The notes under the pieces were generated by a model. That model had not been told where the DNA came from, did no database searches, and worked only from the letters and a program-made list of their open reading frames with translations. From a virus (lineage: Duplodnaviria; Heunggongvirae; Uroviricota; Caudoviricetes): 64,000 nucleotides of DNA. The stretch is taken from the IMG/VR virus record IMGVR_UViG_2541047596_000003; one strand, 5' to 3'. Positions 31,171-40,360 of this stretch are shown here, in pieces. The position numbers were made by a program, and so were the translations under genes. The number at the start of each line of letters is the position of its first letter. Position 1 is the first letter of the stretch.

Positions 31171-34100
31171 GCTGTCGTTGATGTTCTAAATGATCCGGTG
31201 CCTCTTGCTACTATCATTGTTGGAGAATACAACGCGGTACAATATGCGTATCCTTCAGATGATGATGTTTGAGGACAATATATTTTCCCGATAATATCTG
31301 ATGCTTTTAAACCAGAAAAAGCGCATTGCACTGTTAATGTGCATCCACCATAAGGCACGTAATATGAAATTGTTTTGTTTTTATCTCCGCAACTAAACGT
31401 TACGTTATAAGTGGATCTATATTCACCAGACATTAATGAAATAGTCGCCATAAGCATAACTGATTTCGTCAATGCATTATCCGTGCTGTCTTTATATGTG
31501 ATGGTTGCGCTATAACTTCCGTTATGCCCAAGCACTCGATCTGGACCAACCCCCATGTTAGCAACGTCACCGACAAATGATTTTGCCTCTACTGTACCTT
31601 TAAACTTCCCGCTTGTGGCCTGAATCTCACCAGTGAATTTACCAGATGTTGCGTACACCGTACCGCGTACAGTGACGTTGTTGAACTCCGCATTGCCGTT
31701 TTTATTTAGCATCCAGCCAGCCGAACCAGCTTTATAGTTGGTTGACTGAATTTGCTGCGCAATCTTCGCGGTAGTGATTGATGCGTCTCTGATCCACGCA
31801 TCACGGATGTAGCAAGCACCGTTAGTAACATAGAACGGGGTCTGATAGGAGCCACCTGCCGCAGTCATAAGCACGAAACGGTCAACGAGGAAAATACACT
31901 GCGATTGAACGTTAGTCCCGCTACCAGTAAGGCCGAGCGACATTCCTGTAGCGTATTTCATACCGTTTTTATCAGTGGCAATCTTAATTGAATATGACGC
32001 ATCAACGTTACCTTTGAAGTCAGTCAGTGCTTTTGATGTCGTTTCTATCGCCGTTGTGTTTCCGTTAATAGTTACTTTCAACTGGTCGATTCTGGTTGAC
32101 AATGCCTCGTCTGCCGTTGCCATAGCCTGTGACCATTCCGTGATGCTTGAGTTTACATCGTCGAAAGATGCCGAGATCTGGCCAAATTTTTCCGCGCTTG
32201 ATGTTTCATGCGTAGAAAGTGCAGTTGACACTTCGGATACTTTCGAATTAATCGTACTGGTAAGCGATGAGTTAAGGCTGCTGATTGCGTCAGTGCGTGC
32301 ATTCTTCTCATCTGCGATCGCTTTATCCATCCTGGTTACGTTGCTTGTCACCTTGCTATCGAGCGTGGAAATTGACGCATTAACCCCGCTAATAGCTTCT
32401 GCGCGTGCGCTCGCCTCATCTGCGATTGCTTTATCAAGACGGGAAACGCTCGCGTCGGTTTTGCTTTCAAGACTACTGACGCTGGCGTTAACGTTGCTAA
32501 TAGCTTCTGCGCGTGCGCTCGCCTCATCTGCGATTGCTGTGTCTACCCTTGCTATTTCCGCTTTTGTTTTTGTTTGTCCTTTCCTGTATTTCGCCTCAAT
32601 AACAGTGCTCATCTTGCTTTGCGCCATTGAGTTATTAATAAGCGCCAGAGATGCGTTTTGCAGACTTGCTTTCGCCTGATCTATCTCGTCGCTGTTTTTA
32701 TCAACCTCACTTTTAACGCCGCCAAGCGTCGCGCTGATACCTGATATCGCCTGAGCACGTGCGCTTGATTCATCAGCGATAGCTTGATCAAGACGGCTAA
32801 CACTGGCATTTGTGTTATTTTCAAGCGTTGTTAAATCAGCTTTAACCACTGTTATTGCGTCGCTTCTTGCCTGCGTTTCATCTGATATTGCATTATCGAG
32901 GCGCTTAACGCTGGCGTCAGTTTTCTTGTCAAGTGTTGAGATACTTGCGTTCACGTCGCTGATAGCCTGAGTACGCGCACTTGTTTCGTCTGCAATTGCC
33001 TGATCAAGACGGTTTACGCTGGCGTCAGTTTTCTTGTCAAGATTGCTTATTGAGGCATTTACACCGTTAATAGCTTCAGCGCGGGCGCTGGCCTCGTCAG
33101 CTACTGCGCGTTGCACATTAGAGATCTGACCTTTAAGGTTTGTGTCCATCACATTCATTTCTGCCGTGATGGTTTCCAGTGATTCCGCTGTCGCTTTTTT
33201 CTCTTCAGCGATAACGTTGTCAATGCGGTCAATTTCCGCTTTCGTCTCTGTCCTGCCTTTCTTGTACTGAGCGGTAAGAGTTACGCGAGTGTTAGTCTGT
33301 GCAAGCGAGTTATTAATAAGAGCAAGTGAGGCGTTTTGCAGACTTGCTTTTGCTTGCGCCAGTTCGCTGCCAACTTTTTCGCTAGACACCTCCAGCGAGT
33401 CGATTCTCGACTCATGCTGTCCAATATCATCGGCGTTTTCCTTAACTTTTTTATAAAGATCTTCCGTTTCTTTTTTGAGCGTATCAGTATCAGCTTTTAT
33501 TGATCCTGTTTCTATGGTTAGGTTGTCAGTTTCAGTCCTTAAATCGTCAGTTATGTTGGTCAGATTATCAGTTGCAGTTTTGAGGTTGTCAGTAGCAGTT
33601 TTAAGGTCATTCGTAGCGCTTTCGATAAGATCAGTGCGGTCGCCTAGATCTTTAATGTCACCAACCATTTCTTTAAATTGTTTGGAATTCATTACGTCTT
33701 TGGTGACGTAATCGGTAATTTCATCAAAGTTTTCTGTTGGCTTACCTGACGCTTCCACAAAGTCAGACACACCAAAAGCGTTACGCGCGCGCACATAAAC
33801 GTAATATGTGTGACCTGTATTCATGCCGCCAAACGTCCACTGATGACCACGCCCGGTATATTGTGCTTTAGTGGTTATTGATGCCGGATCAGTGATCTGC
33901 GTTTCACCTGAGTAATAAAACTCGTAACTGGTATCAGTGGTGAGCGTTGTTCTGCTGATCGGGTAAACTGTAGCCTGGAATACACCGGGAACCCAATTAA
34001 CGCCAACTGGGGCCGCTGGTGCGCCAATAACCAGATCGACAATGCTTTCCGCACCCTTCATGCCCGTGTCATTTCTGCCACGAATGCCTAATGAGTAGTT

Positions 34101-36137
34101 GCCAGCATCAATGCCATAAAAATCATAACTGTAATTCGTGGTTTCGTAGCTTTTAACTACAGCGCCTTCGGCGTTATACACGCGAATCTCAAAGGTCAGG
34201 CGACGCGTTGTCGTCTGTGTTTCCCATGTTGCGCGACATTGAACCGTTTCAGATCCAACGTTTAACACCTTCAGATTTTCAATGTTCGGCACGCGGAAGT
34301 GATTAAGCGTGTCGTTATTGATCTCGAAGATTGCGCCATTATCGACTACGGCCTGCTTATGTGGATCATGCTGTGCGGCCTCGATGGTGTATACGCTGTT
34401 ATTTTCTGTTTCTGCTACACTGGTGATTCGACATAAAACGGGTTTTGCTGCGTTGGTTGATACAGCAAAAACAGTGCCGTTACGAATCCACGCCGGGGCG
34501 GCTGCAAGGGTGATAATGTTCCCGTTAACTCCGATGATCTGGTGTTTTTTAAATTTACCATCGCTATCAAGTAAGCTGATGGTGTCGCCAGCCGCGATAT
34601 ATTCAGAATCAACCTTGTCGACCGTGATCGCTCTGCCATTGTTCGCCACGATGCGACCGCCTAAACGAGCGCCTGCGCGATTATTATCGAGGATCTCGAT
34701 TATATCCCCCGGCGTAAAGTGAATGGCGTCACGGGCCATTTTAAATGTGAATTTTGACGGCTCGCGTTTCGCTGTTTCGATCAGCCATTTACCAGCGCGG
34801 TGCGCTTGCCCGCGTGAAGTGCAACCGAACGCCTCCAACGTGGTTTCGTTATAACCATCACGGGCGATTAGTTTATCATCTGCGACATATTCTTTTGATT
34901 GCTCCCAGCCGTTTTCAGGGTCAGTCCAGGATACGATCACGGCGTTGTAGCATTCTGCGCGTGCGATACTTGAACGAGTAAACGCGCCATCAACGACGTT
35001 TGCATTTGTGATGGTGGCGATTGGATCTTGTGGCGCATCAATCATCACGGTAAGACGTTGTCCGTCCCATAACGCGATACCACGGAACATACCTGCGATG
35101 TTATCCAGTAGGTCGCGGGCGCTCATTTGCTCCGTAATGTAAGCGTTAAGCGTCATGCGAGGTTCAAGGCCACCATAGCCATCATCAACCAACTGATCGC
35201 AGTATTGAGAAAGCACGTACAAAGCGCCATCATCAACATCAATGTAACCAGCATGTCGAGCAAGTCCAAAGCGCTCGTTTTTAACCAGATACCGGAAAAG
35301 CCATGCAGGGTTATTGGTATACGCCTTTTTAAATCCACCAAGCCATAAACCTGAATATGTGCGCGTTTCAGGGTTGTAATTGTCAGGCACATCAACAATC
35401 AGGCCGCGAAGGTGATAGGTGCGGGTAGGCGTATCAGTATACTGATCATGGTCAATTACGGCGCCAGCTACAGCGGTATGAGGATAAGACAGATTATCAT
35501 CTATTATTTCGCTGTAACTACTCCACCGCGTATCATTCCGCAATAGATCGCCGTTGCTGTCTGGTGTTATGCGACGAACGCGAATATCAAACGGTTTTTC
35601 ATCCGGCGCTTTAATGATGTGAGCTTCCAGGTATTCACCGCTTTGTTTACCAGGGCCAATGTGTATGTCTTTAATCAGCGACCACGTAGAAGATGATGAC
35701 GGTTTAACATCAACCATCAACATGACGGATGTATTATATTGATTGCCCTTTTCATCTGACTGAACGAGAGCATCAACACCAAGATTCAACCTGACGCGGG
35801 TAACGTTTGGATCTGAAACAGTCCTGATTATTGGTGTGTCGTGAGTTACCTTTGCGTTGACAATAACGGTTGACTCAATGGCGTTAAAACCATTAATCGG
35901 CGATTGGTCAGCCGTGCCGTTGCGCCAGGCTATACTAATCCCCGGAATTGATGTATTCCCGTTTGCGTCAGTAACAGGAGTGTCATTAAGCATCACGTCA
36001 TTCAATGGCGCTTTCTGGTTTACCGGACCGTATATCGGCCCTTCGCTGAGAATATCTAAAACACGATAAAACTGTTTGTGATACAGGTTATCGTTCAATA
36101 ATGTTGGTGTTTTGGCTTTGCCGCCGCCGCTACTCAT
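31167..36137 (-). CDS. host specificity protein J (central tail fibre), extended 1656-aa form
   Basis: N-terminal ~1100 aa collinear with recalled lambda J (e.g. ...YHLRGLIVDVPDNYNPETRTYSG...GCTSRGQAHRAGKWL...); C-terminal extension with tandem coiled-coil repeats. Confidence 0.9.
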   Translation of the reverse strand: MSSGGGKAKTPTLLNDNLYHKQFYRVLDILSEGPIYGPVNQKAPLNDVMLNDTPVTDANGNTSIPGISIAWRNGTADQSPINGFNAIESTVIVNAKVTHDTPIIRTVSDPNVTRVRLNLGVDALVQSDEKGNQYNTSVMLMVDVKPSSSSTWSLIKDIHIGPGKQSGEYLEAHIIKAPDEKPFDIRVRRITPDSNGDLLRNDTRWSSYSEIIDDNLSYPHTAVAGAVIDHDQYTDTPTRTYHLRGLIVDVPDNYNPETRTYSGLWLGGFKKAYTNNPAWLFRYLVKNERFGLARHAGYIDVDDGALYVLSQYCDQLVDDGYGGLEPRMTLNAYITEQMSARDLLDNIAGMFRGIALWDGQRLTVMIDAPQDPIATITNANVVDGAFTRSSIARAECYNAVIVSWTDPENGWEQSKEYVADDKLIARDGYNETTLEAFGCTSRGQAHRAGKWLIETAKREPSKFTFKMARDAIHFTPGDIIEILDNNRAGARLGGRIVANNGRAITVDKVDSEYIAAGDTISLLDSDGKFKKHQIIGVNGNIITLAAAPAWIRNGTVFAVSTNAAKPVLCRITSVAETENNSVYTIEAAQHDPHKQAVVDNGAIFEINNDTLNHFRVPNIENLKVLNVGSETVQCRATWETQTTTRRLTFEIRVYNAEGAVVKSYETTNYSYDFYGIDAGNYSLGIRGRNDTGMKGAESIVDLVIGAPAAPVGVNWVPGVFQATVYPISRTTLTTDTSYEFYYSGETQITDPASITTKAQYTGRGHQWTFGGMNTGHTYYVYVRARNAFGVSDFVEASGKPTENFDEITDYVTKDVMNSKQFKEMVGDIKDLGDRTDLIESATNDLKTATDNLKTATDNLTNITDDLRTETDNLTIETGSIKADTDTLKKETEDLYKKVKENADDIGQHESRIDSLEVSSEKVGSELAQAKASLQNASLALINNSLAQTNTRVTLTAQYKKGRTETKAEIDRIDNVIAEEKKATAESLETITAEMNVMDTNLKGQISNVQRAVADEASARAEAINGVNASISNLDKKTDASVNRLDQAIADETSARTQAISDVNASISTLDKKTDASVKRLDNAISDETQARSDAITVVKADLTTLENNTNASVSRLDQAIADESSARAQAISGISATLGGVKSEVDKNSDEIDQAKASLQNASLALINNSMAQSKMSTVIEAKYRKGQTKTKAEIARVDTAIADEASARAEAISNVNASVSSLESKTDASVSRLDKAIADEASARAEAISGVNASISTLDSKVTSNVTRMDKAIADEKNARTDAISSLNSSLTSTINSKVSEVSTALSTHETSSAEKFGQISASFDDVNSSITEWSQAMATADEALSTRIDQLKVTINGNTTAIETTSKALTDFKGNVDASYSIKIATDKNGMKYATGMSLGLTGSGTNVQSQCIFLVDRFVLMTAAGGSYQTPFYVTNGACYIRDAWIRDASITTAKIAQQIQSTNYKAGSAGWMLNKNGNAEFNNVTVRGTVYATSGKFTGEIQATSGKFKGTVEAKSFVGDVANMGVGPDRVLGHNGSYSATITYKDSTDNALTKSVMLMATISLMSGEYRSTYNVTFSCGDKNKTISYYVPYGGCTLTVQCAFSGLKASDIIGKIYCPQTSSSEGYAYCTALYSPTMIVARGTGSFRTSTTA

Positions 36138-36150
36138 GGTTTTTCTCCTG

Positions 36151-36681
36151 TTAACTTACAACGTCTAAGGCGTCTCTATTGTTGCTTGTGTCTATGCCTA
36201 ACGATCCGACGTTTGAACCTATTTTCATTTCACCTAATAGTATTGGCACTGGTCTACCCTGGCCCACCTTGTTTTCAATGCTGGTGTAGGTGTTGTTCGT
36301 TATGGTGTTATCTTGTGCGCTTTCTGCCGATGTTTTTATCTTCATGTTGCGGGACATAAAGATTGAGAACGCAACGCTAACCACCGAAACACCAATCAGG
36401 ATCCAGCCTACAACACCAATCCCAGCAATACCGCCTTCAACTACTGGCGCAATAATGACGGTAGTTCCGTCAGGGTATTTACTATTAACCGCTGCCGGGG
36501 CCGTCTTTTCGTTATAATCTTTCCCGGCAATCCGTAACCGCAAAGGTGTATTTAAAAAAGCCTTCTTGAACTCCTGATTCTGCGCGGTCAATAGGCTAAG
36601 TCCTTGTGCTGGCGTATCAACGTTTAAACACACTTTGCCGTAATATCTTCGAAGATTGCCCGTAAATCTAAATTTGAGCAT
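36151..36681 (-). CDS. tail assembly protein I
   Basis: 176 aa between K and J, lambda gene order. Confidence 0.75.
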   Translation of the reverse strand: MLKFRFTGNLRRYYGKVCLNVDTPAQGLSLLTAQNQEFKKAFLNTPLRLRIAGKDYNEKTAPAAVNSKYPDGTTVIIAPVVEGGIAGIGVVGWILIGVSVVSVAFSIFMSRNMKIKTSAESAQDNTITNNTYTSIENKVGQGRPVPILLGEMKIGSNVGSLGIDTSNNRDALDVVS

Positions 36682-37355
36682 TTGTCAGATCTCCATATTG
36701 AATGCGTTTGTCGAACATACGCGGGCCGCATTTGCTCGCGGCGGCTTAGCAGTCCGGCATTGTCATGATGCAAAACAGTGTTATCGCCCAGGTAAATCAT
36801 CGCGTGACATGGGTCAGCACCCTTGAACGGCTGGCGAATAATCACGTCACCAGGCTGAATGCTTTGCGCATCAACCATGAAAAACCCGTTCAATGGCAGG
36901 TTTTTTATGTACAGGTTTTCCCCACGCAGCCACCACCCATCGTGGCGTTCAAAGTCAGGCAGATCCACGCCGCAAAGGTGATAGGCGTCACGAAAAAGCG
37001 AGTAGCAATCTGTTTTCCCGTGTTCAAATTTACGGCCTAACAGGTGCGCCACCGGGCGGAATTTCCTCACCATGCCACCGGAACATAAAAACCACGGCAG
37101 GCCGGAAATAACCTGCTGTTGTCGATCCCGTGCCGACAATACCGGAATATCTTCAACGTGAGAGTGGAAAACGGCTGTTATAACGCCCAATTCGTCAGCT
37201 TTGATATAATCGTCAGGCGAGATTTTAAAGCTGTTGTGCGGCGTTTCAGACACGTTAGCGCACGGGTAAAAATAATCGTTATCTATCACCAGCCCGCACA
37301 CTTCCTCGCGCGGGTGGGCTGCTGCATAGCGAATCATTTTATCTTCAAGTGCCAT
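36624..37355 (-). CDS. tail assembly protein K
   Basis: ATG 37355 (MALEDKMIRYAAAHPREEVCG...); ORF track start 37451. Confidence 0.8.
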   Translation of the reverse strand: MALEDKMIRYAAAHPREEVCGLVIDNDYFYPCANVSETPHNSFKISPDDYIKADELGVITAVFHSHVEDIPVLSARDRQQQVISGLPWFLCSGGMVRKFRPVAHLLGRKFEHGKTDCYSLFRDAYHLCGVDLPDFERHDGWWLRGENLYIKNLPLNGFFMVDAQSIQPGDVIIRQPFKGADPCHAMIYLGDNTVLHHDNAGLLSRREQMRPAYVRQTHSIWRSDKCSNLDLRAIFEDITAKCV

Positions 37356-37357
37356 AA

Positions 37358-38062
37358 TCAACCCACCTTGCTCGATCCTGGGAAACATGAAATTGGTAAC
37401 GGATTCGGGCGCGGGAAACGTAAACGGCAACCGCTCAGGCGGTGGCTGCATTTATCCAGCTTTGGATCGCTGGTCGATTCGTCTTTATCAGTAGCTACAG
37501 GGCCGCCACTGTATCCGCAACCGTCGCCGCGATATTGCCATTGGCAAACGTCAGCAAGGATTGTGCGCCCTGGGATAACCGCCTTGTCAGCATCAATTGG
37601 CGTTGACAGCTCATATTGCACCTGGTCGGCTGTTTCTTCGCTCATCGCCTCAACGACGTAAAAAGACACCGCCTCGATAGACGGATCTGCATCCGGGTTG
37701 CCGTTGGGGAAGTTGATGGCGTCCAGGTATTTTACTTCCACCTGGCGGCGTGTAACTTTCATTCCTCGCAGGTCGTTGAAATCGTTATTCATCCCGGTGA
37801 TTAGGCCGCCAATGTTGGCTACAACCATTTGCGGGCGTGAATAGACACCCTCGTTTTTCATTTCGAAGCCAGTGGCCTCGATAGGGTAGCTGTTGTAAGC
37901 CACCCCCTTCCAGATAACCGGGCCGTAATAGCCATTCACGCCGGAATGGAAGCGGATAACCTCGCCACCCAGGGGCGTGAGGTCTAATTCAAACAAGTCA
38001 ATTACCGCGCCGACTCCGGCATCGACGGAATCAATAATCATTTCTCTCGGAATATTGCGCAT
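37358..38062 (-). CDS. minor tail protein L
   Basis: 234 aa collinear with recalled lambda L (...GVGAVIDLFELDLTPLGGE..., CQWQYRGDGCGYSG). Confidence 0.85.
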   Translation of the reverse strand: MRNIPREMIIDSVDAGVGAVIDLFELDLTPLGGEVIRFHSGVNGYYGPVIWKGVAYNSYPIEATGFEMKNEGVYSRPQMVVANIGGLITGMNNDFNDLRGMKVTRRQVEVKYLDAINFPNGNPDADPSIEAVSFYVVEAMSEETADQVQYELSTPIDADKAVIPGRTILADVCQWQYRGDGCGYSGGPVATDKDESTSDPKLDKCSHRLSGCRLRFPRPNPLPISCFPGSSKVG

Positions 38063-38080
38063 TTTCTCACCTTGTCATTC

Positions 38081-38096
38081 TGTGATCTGCGTCACG
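38081..38096. promoter_or_regulatory. CRP-like site TGTGATCTGCGTCACG
   Basis: TGTGA-N6-TCACg centred ~63 bp upstream of the predicted start of the adjacent moron promoter. Confidence 0.35.
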
Positions 38097-38116
38097 CTAA
38101 ATCATACCAAAATGGA

Positions 38117-38145
38117 TTGATCGCGGTTTTTACAATATGTATATT
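38117..38145 (+). promoter_or_regulatory. candidate sigma70 promoter of moron cassette 1
   Basis: TTGATC-17 bp-TATATT, preceded by CAAAATGG at 38108-38115. Confidence 0.4.
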
Positions 38146-38191
38146 TTACTCAAACGGAAGCATAGTTAACAAAATGGCGCGGAGGTGCGTT

Positions 38192-38380
38192 ATGACTGAA
38201 AAGCTATGGAAGTTGACGGTATTCATGACAGACGGTAGGGAAAAGGTTATCGCCCTGTATGACGACGAGGGTGAAGCATTGGTTGACGCGCTTTTACTTG
38301 CTGAGGATGACCGCCTTTTGGGATACCAGATCGAACCTGTCAAATATGAGGCTAACAAAAATGAAAAAATACAGTCTTGA
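38192..38380 (+). CDS. hypothetical small protein (moron cassette 1, paralogue a)
   Basis: 62 aa MTEKLWKLTVFMTDGREKVIALYDDEGEALVDALLLAEDDRLLGYQIEPVKYEAN... with SD GGAGG. Confidence 0.4.
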   Translation: MTEKLWKLTVFMTDGREKVIALYDDEGEALVDALLLAEDDRLLGYQIEPVKYEANKNEKIQS

Positions 38381-38708
38381 TGTGTGGTTAAGTGGTAGCA
38401 AGGAGTGTTTCGGATTATTTGATAGCGAAGAAGTAGCCCTGGAAGAAGGCAGGATTCTTGAATGTAGTTTAGGCCATCCAGTGAAATATGCTGCTAATCC
38501 GGTACAGATAGTTGATGAGGTGGAAGATATGAACCCGAAAGATATTAATGGTAGCTTCACTGCTTATTATGCAGATTCTATGGACCAGTCTTGCCCTGGT
38601 GAAATACACGCAAAAGGTTTCCCGGCTGACGATCCAGAAGCAAAACGCGAATACGAAAAAGCGGCGAAAGATTTCTGTATCGATAACCTTTCAGCATTCG
38701 ATAAATAA
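38361..38708 (+). CDS. hypothetical protein (moron cassette 1, paralogue b)
   Basis: 115 aa; N-terminal 45 aa share the L.V....G...L.D.E..AL.....LG....KY.AN pattern with the upstream ORF. Confidence 0.4.
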   Translation: MKKYSLDVWLSGSKECFGLFDSEEVALEEGRILECSLGHPVKYAANPVQIVDEVEDMNPKDINGSFTAYYADSMDQSCPGEIHAKGFPADDPEAKREYEKAAKDFCIDNLSAFDK

Positions 38709-38717
38709 GGCGGCAAC

Positions 38718-38966
38718 ATGGGGCGGCGCAATCACGGTGATTATGTGTACACGTTGAAACAGGCCGCCCGCCTCATCGGTTATCATGAACACGAATTTAT
38801 TGATTTGCTGATTGAGCGCGGGATACTGTACCAGGTCTGTTTAACGCTGTACCCGAAAGCGAAATACCTACATGAAAAGTTATTCATCATCATGACGGAT
38901 GAAAACCAGGTTAACCATTCATTCGTCACTGATAAGGGCGTTAATTATCTGCGTGATAACTTATAG
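38718..38966 (+). CDS. hypothetical small protein with possible HTH (moron cassette 1)
   Basis: 82 aa; YTLKQAARLIGYHEHEFIDLLIERGIL is helix-turn-helix-like. Confidence 0.4.
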   Translation: MGRRNHGDYVYTLKQAARLIGYHEHEFIDLLIERGILYQVCLTLYPKAKYLHEKLFIIMTDENQVNHSFVTDKGVNYLRDNL

Positions 38967-39091
38967 GTGACTGATTATAAAAATAGAAGTTTTGGCGCTA
39001 ATAATAATGGGGTTGATAGTATTTGGCGTTCATGCTGTAGATCTGGACTGGAAAACGATAGCAGAAAATATAGCATTAATGGAAATAGAAT

Positions 39092-39125
39092 AAAAATAAC
39101 CCCGCTTCGCGCGGGGTCGTGTTTA
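39092..39125. terminator. bidirectional rho-independent terminator
   Basis: CCCCGC-TTCGC-GCGGGG between the + moron cassette and the minus 65-aa ORF; U-rich flank on the minus transcript. Confidence 0.55.
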
Positions 39126-39320
39126 TACGCCATCAACCAAAAATAAAACCTCCTTCCCTTCCCGGGATCTACACCCAACGTACCCATCACCAACGTCGTG
39201 AAGATACCATATATCGCCGTTGTCAGCTTTTACAGTAAGGTCGTTGATCTCATAGTCGTCAAACAATGTAAAAGCGTAAGTTTTGTCAACTACACAAGTC
39301 CCGTACATAACAACCCCCAT
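39123..39320 (-). CDS. hypothetical small protein downstream of M
   Basis: 65 aa, start coupled to the M stop. Confidence 0.4.
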   Translation of the reverse strand: MGVVMYGTCVVDKTYAFTLFDDYEINDLTVKADNGDIWYLHDVGDGYVGCRSREGKEVLFLVDGV

Positions 39321-39673
39321 TAGCCAACAACTTGCTCAAACGTTGCGTTTAGCGTGTACAAAGGCCCGTCTTTAGTCATGCTCCATTGCCGACAGACAAA
39401 AAGCCTTTGCACGTTATCCATTGACGGCGACCAGTAAAAAGCCTCGACCGCGCCGCGCGCCCTCAAGAATGCTTCCGCCTGGATTGCTACGTTTCCACCA
39501 TCACCACATCCGGCGCTACTGCCTTTAAACACCAGGGTGTAGCTATCAAGCAATGGATTGATACCTTTTACCTGTCTTTGCTCATAACCATCGCCCAGCT
39601 TAACAACAGATACGTCTGGCTTCCTGGTCACGCTGTAGCTTCTTTGCGGCGTCCATCTGAACACTTCCGGCAT
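39320..39673 (-). CDS. minor tail protein M
   Basis: 117 aa; ...KLGDGYEQR... and C-terminal FEQVV as in recalled lambda M. Confidence 0.8.
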   Translation of the reverse strand: MPEVFRWTPQRSYSVTRKPDVSVVKLGDGYEQRQVKGINPLLDSYTLVFKGSSAGCGDGGNVAIQAEAFLRARGAVEAFYWSPSMDNVQRLFVCRQWSMTKDGPLYTLNATFEQVVG

Positions 39674-39732
39674 AAAACCCCCACAAGTTACATTTTGTAT
39701 ATATCTTTACGCGCTTCTACGCGAAAAATAAG

Positions 39733-39749
39733 ATCATTGTCACAATGAT
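39733..39749. promoter_or_regulatory. 17-bp perfect palindrome (operator-like)
   Basis: ATCATTGT-C-ACAATGAT upstream of the moron cassette 2 promoter. Confidence 0.3.
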
Positions 39750-39771
39750 TATAGCTAGTTTACAAAATGGC

Positions 39772-39800
39772 TTCACATAGCACGCAACAAGATGTATATA
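39772..39800 (+). promoter_or_regulatory. candidate sigma70 promoter of moron cassette 2
   Basis: TTCACA-17 bp-TATATA preceded by CAAAATGG at 39763-39770. Confidence 0.4.
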
Positions 39801-39840
39801 GAAAGCAAGAAGAAAGTAGTACCAACGAAGGAGGCCCAAA

Positions 39841-39996
39841 ATGAAACGCTATGTAGTAGTAATGCTAAATAACGCATTCGAACAAGTGGAAATAGCAATC
39901 GTTAAGGGTTTCGACGACGCATTCAAATACGGTCAATTCATGATGAATGCGAAAGAAGATGAATACCGGGACTTCTTCCTGAAGGCACTTAACTAA
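39841..39996 (+). CDS. hypothetical small protein (51 aa, moron cassette 2)
   Basis: MKRYVVVMLNNAFEQVEIAIVKGFDDAFKYGQFMMNAKEDEYRDFFLKALN with strong SD GAAGGAGG. Confidence 0.4.
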   Translation: MKRYVVVMLNNAFEQVEIAIVKGFDDAFKYGQFMMNAKEDEYRDFFLKALN

Positions 39997-40013
39997 GGAT
40001 GATGGGGTGAGTT

Positions 40014-40268
40014 ATGAAACTGGTAGCGATTGACAGAAATCTGAAAGCACAGAAAAACGCACAGGACCGGATCATCAAGAAAGGTAAGGAATTACTTAAA
40101 GCCTTTCTGAGAAAAGAAGTTTACCCCAAAAAGTTACGCGACGGTTACGGATACAAAATGGATATCAATCTTGATTGGAGGCTGTTTAGCGAAGATTTGA
40201 AGGTTTGGTTAATTGTTGAGCACCATGCCTATAACAAGTTATGTGGCGTGAAAGGCACTCATAAGTGA
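40014..40268 (+). CDS. hypothetical basic protein (84 aa, moron cassette 2)
   Basis: ORF-track ORF with SD GGGGTGAG. Confidence 0.45.
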   Translation: MKLVAIDRNLKAQKNAQDRIIKKGKELLKAFLRKEVYPKKLRDGYGYKMDINLDWRLFSEDLKVWLIVEHHAYNKLCGVKGTHK

Positions 40269-40321
40269 GTCGAGATATTCGAAAGGGGATATATCGCGCG
40301 GAATGGTCGTTTATAAATACG

Positions 40322-40360
40322 AAAAATAACCCCGGCATTGCACCGGGGTTTAGTTTATTT
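40322..40360. terminator. bidirectional rho-independent terminator
   Basis: CCCCGG-CATTGCA-CCGGGG with T-rich tail; overlaps the tape-measure stop. Confidence 0.5.

Noticed and set aside
31975-32679. Plus-strand 234-aa ORF with repetitive ASARALASSAIA motifs (and other antisense ORFs inside J at 33475-35398)
   Set aside because: They are the mirror frames of the tandem repeats in the minus-strand J gene, which is collinear with lambda J.
38174-38191. Upstream in-frame ATG at 38174 for the first cassette-1 ORF
   Set aside because: No SD before 38174, whereas GGAGG precedes the ATG at 38192.
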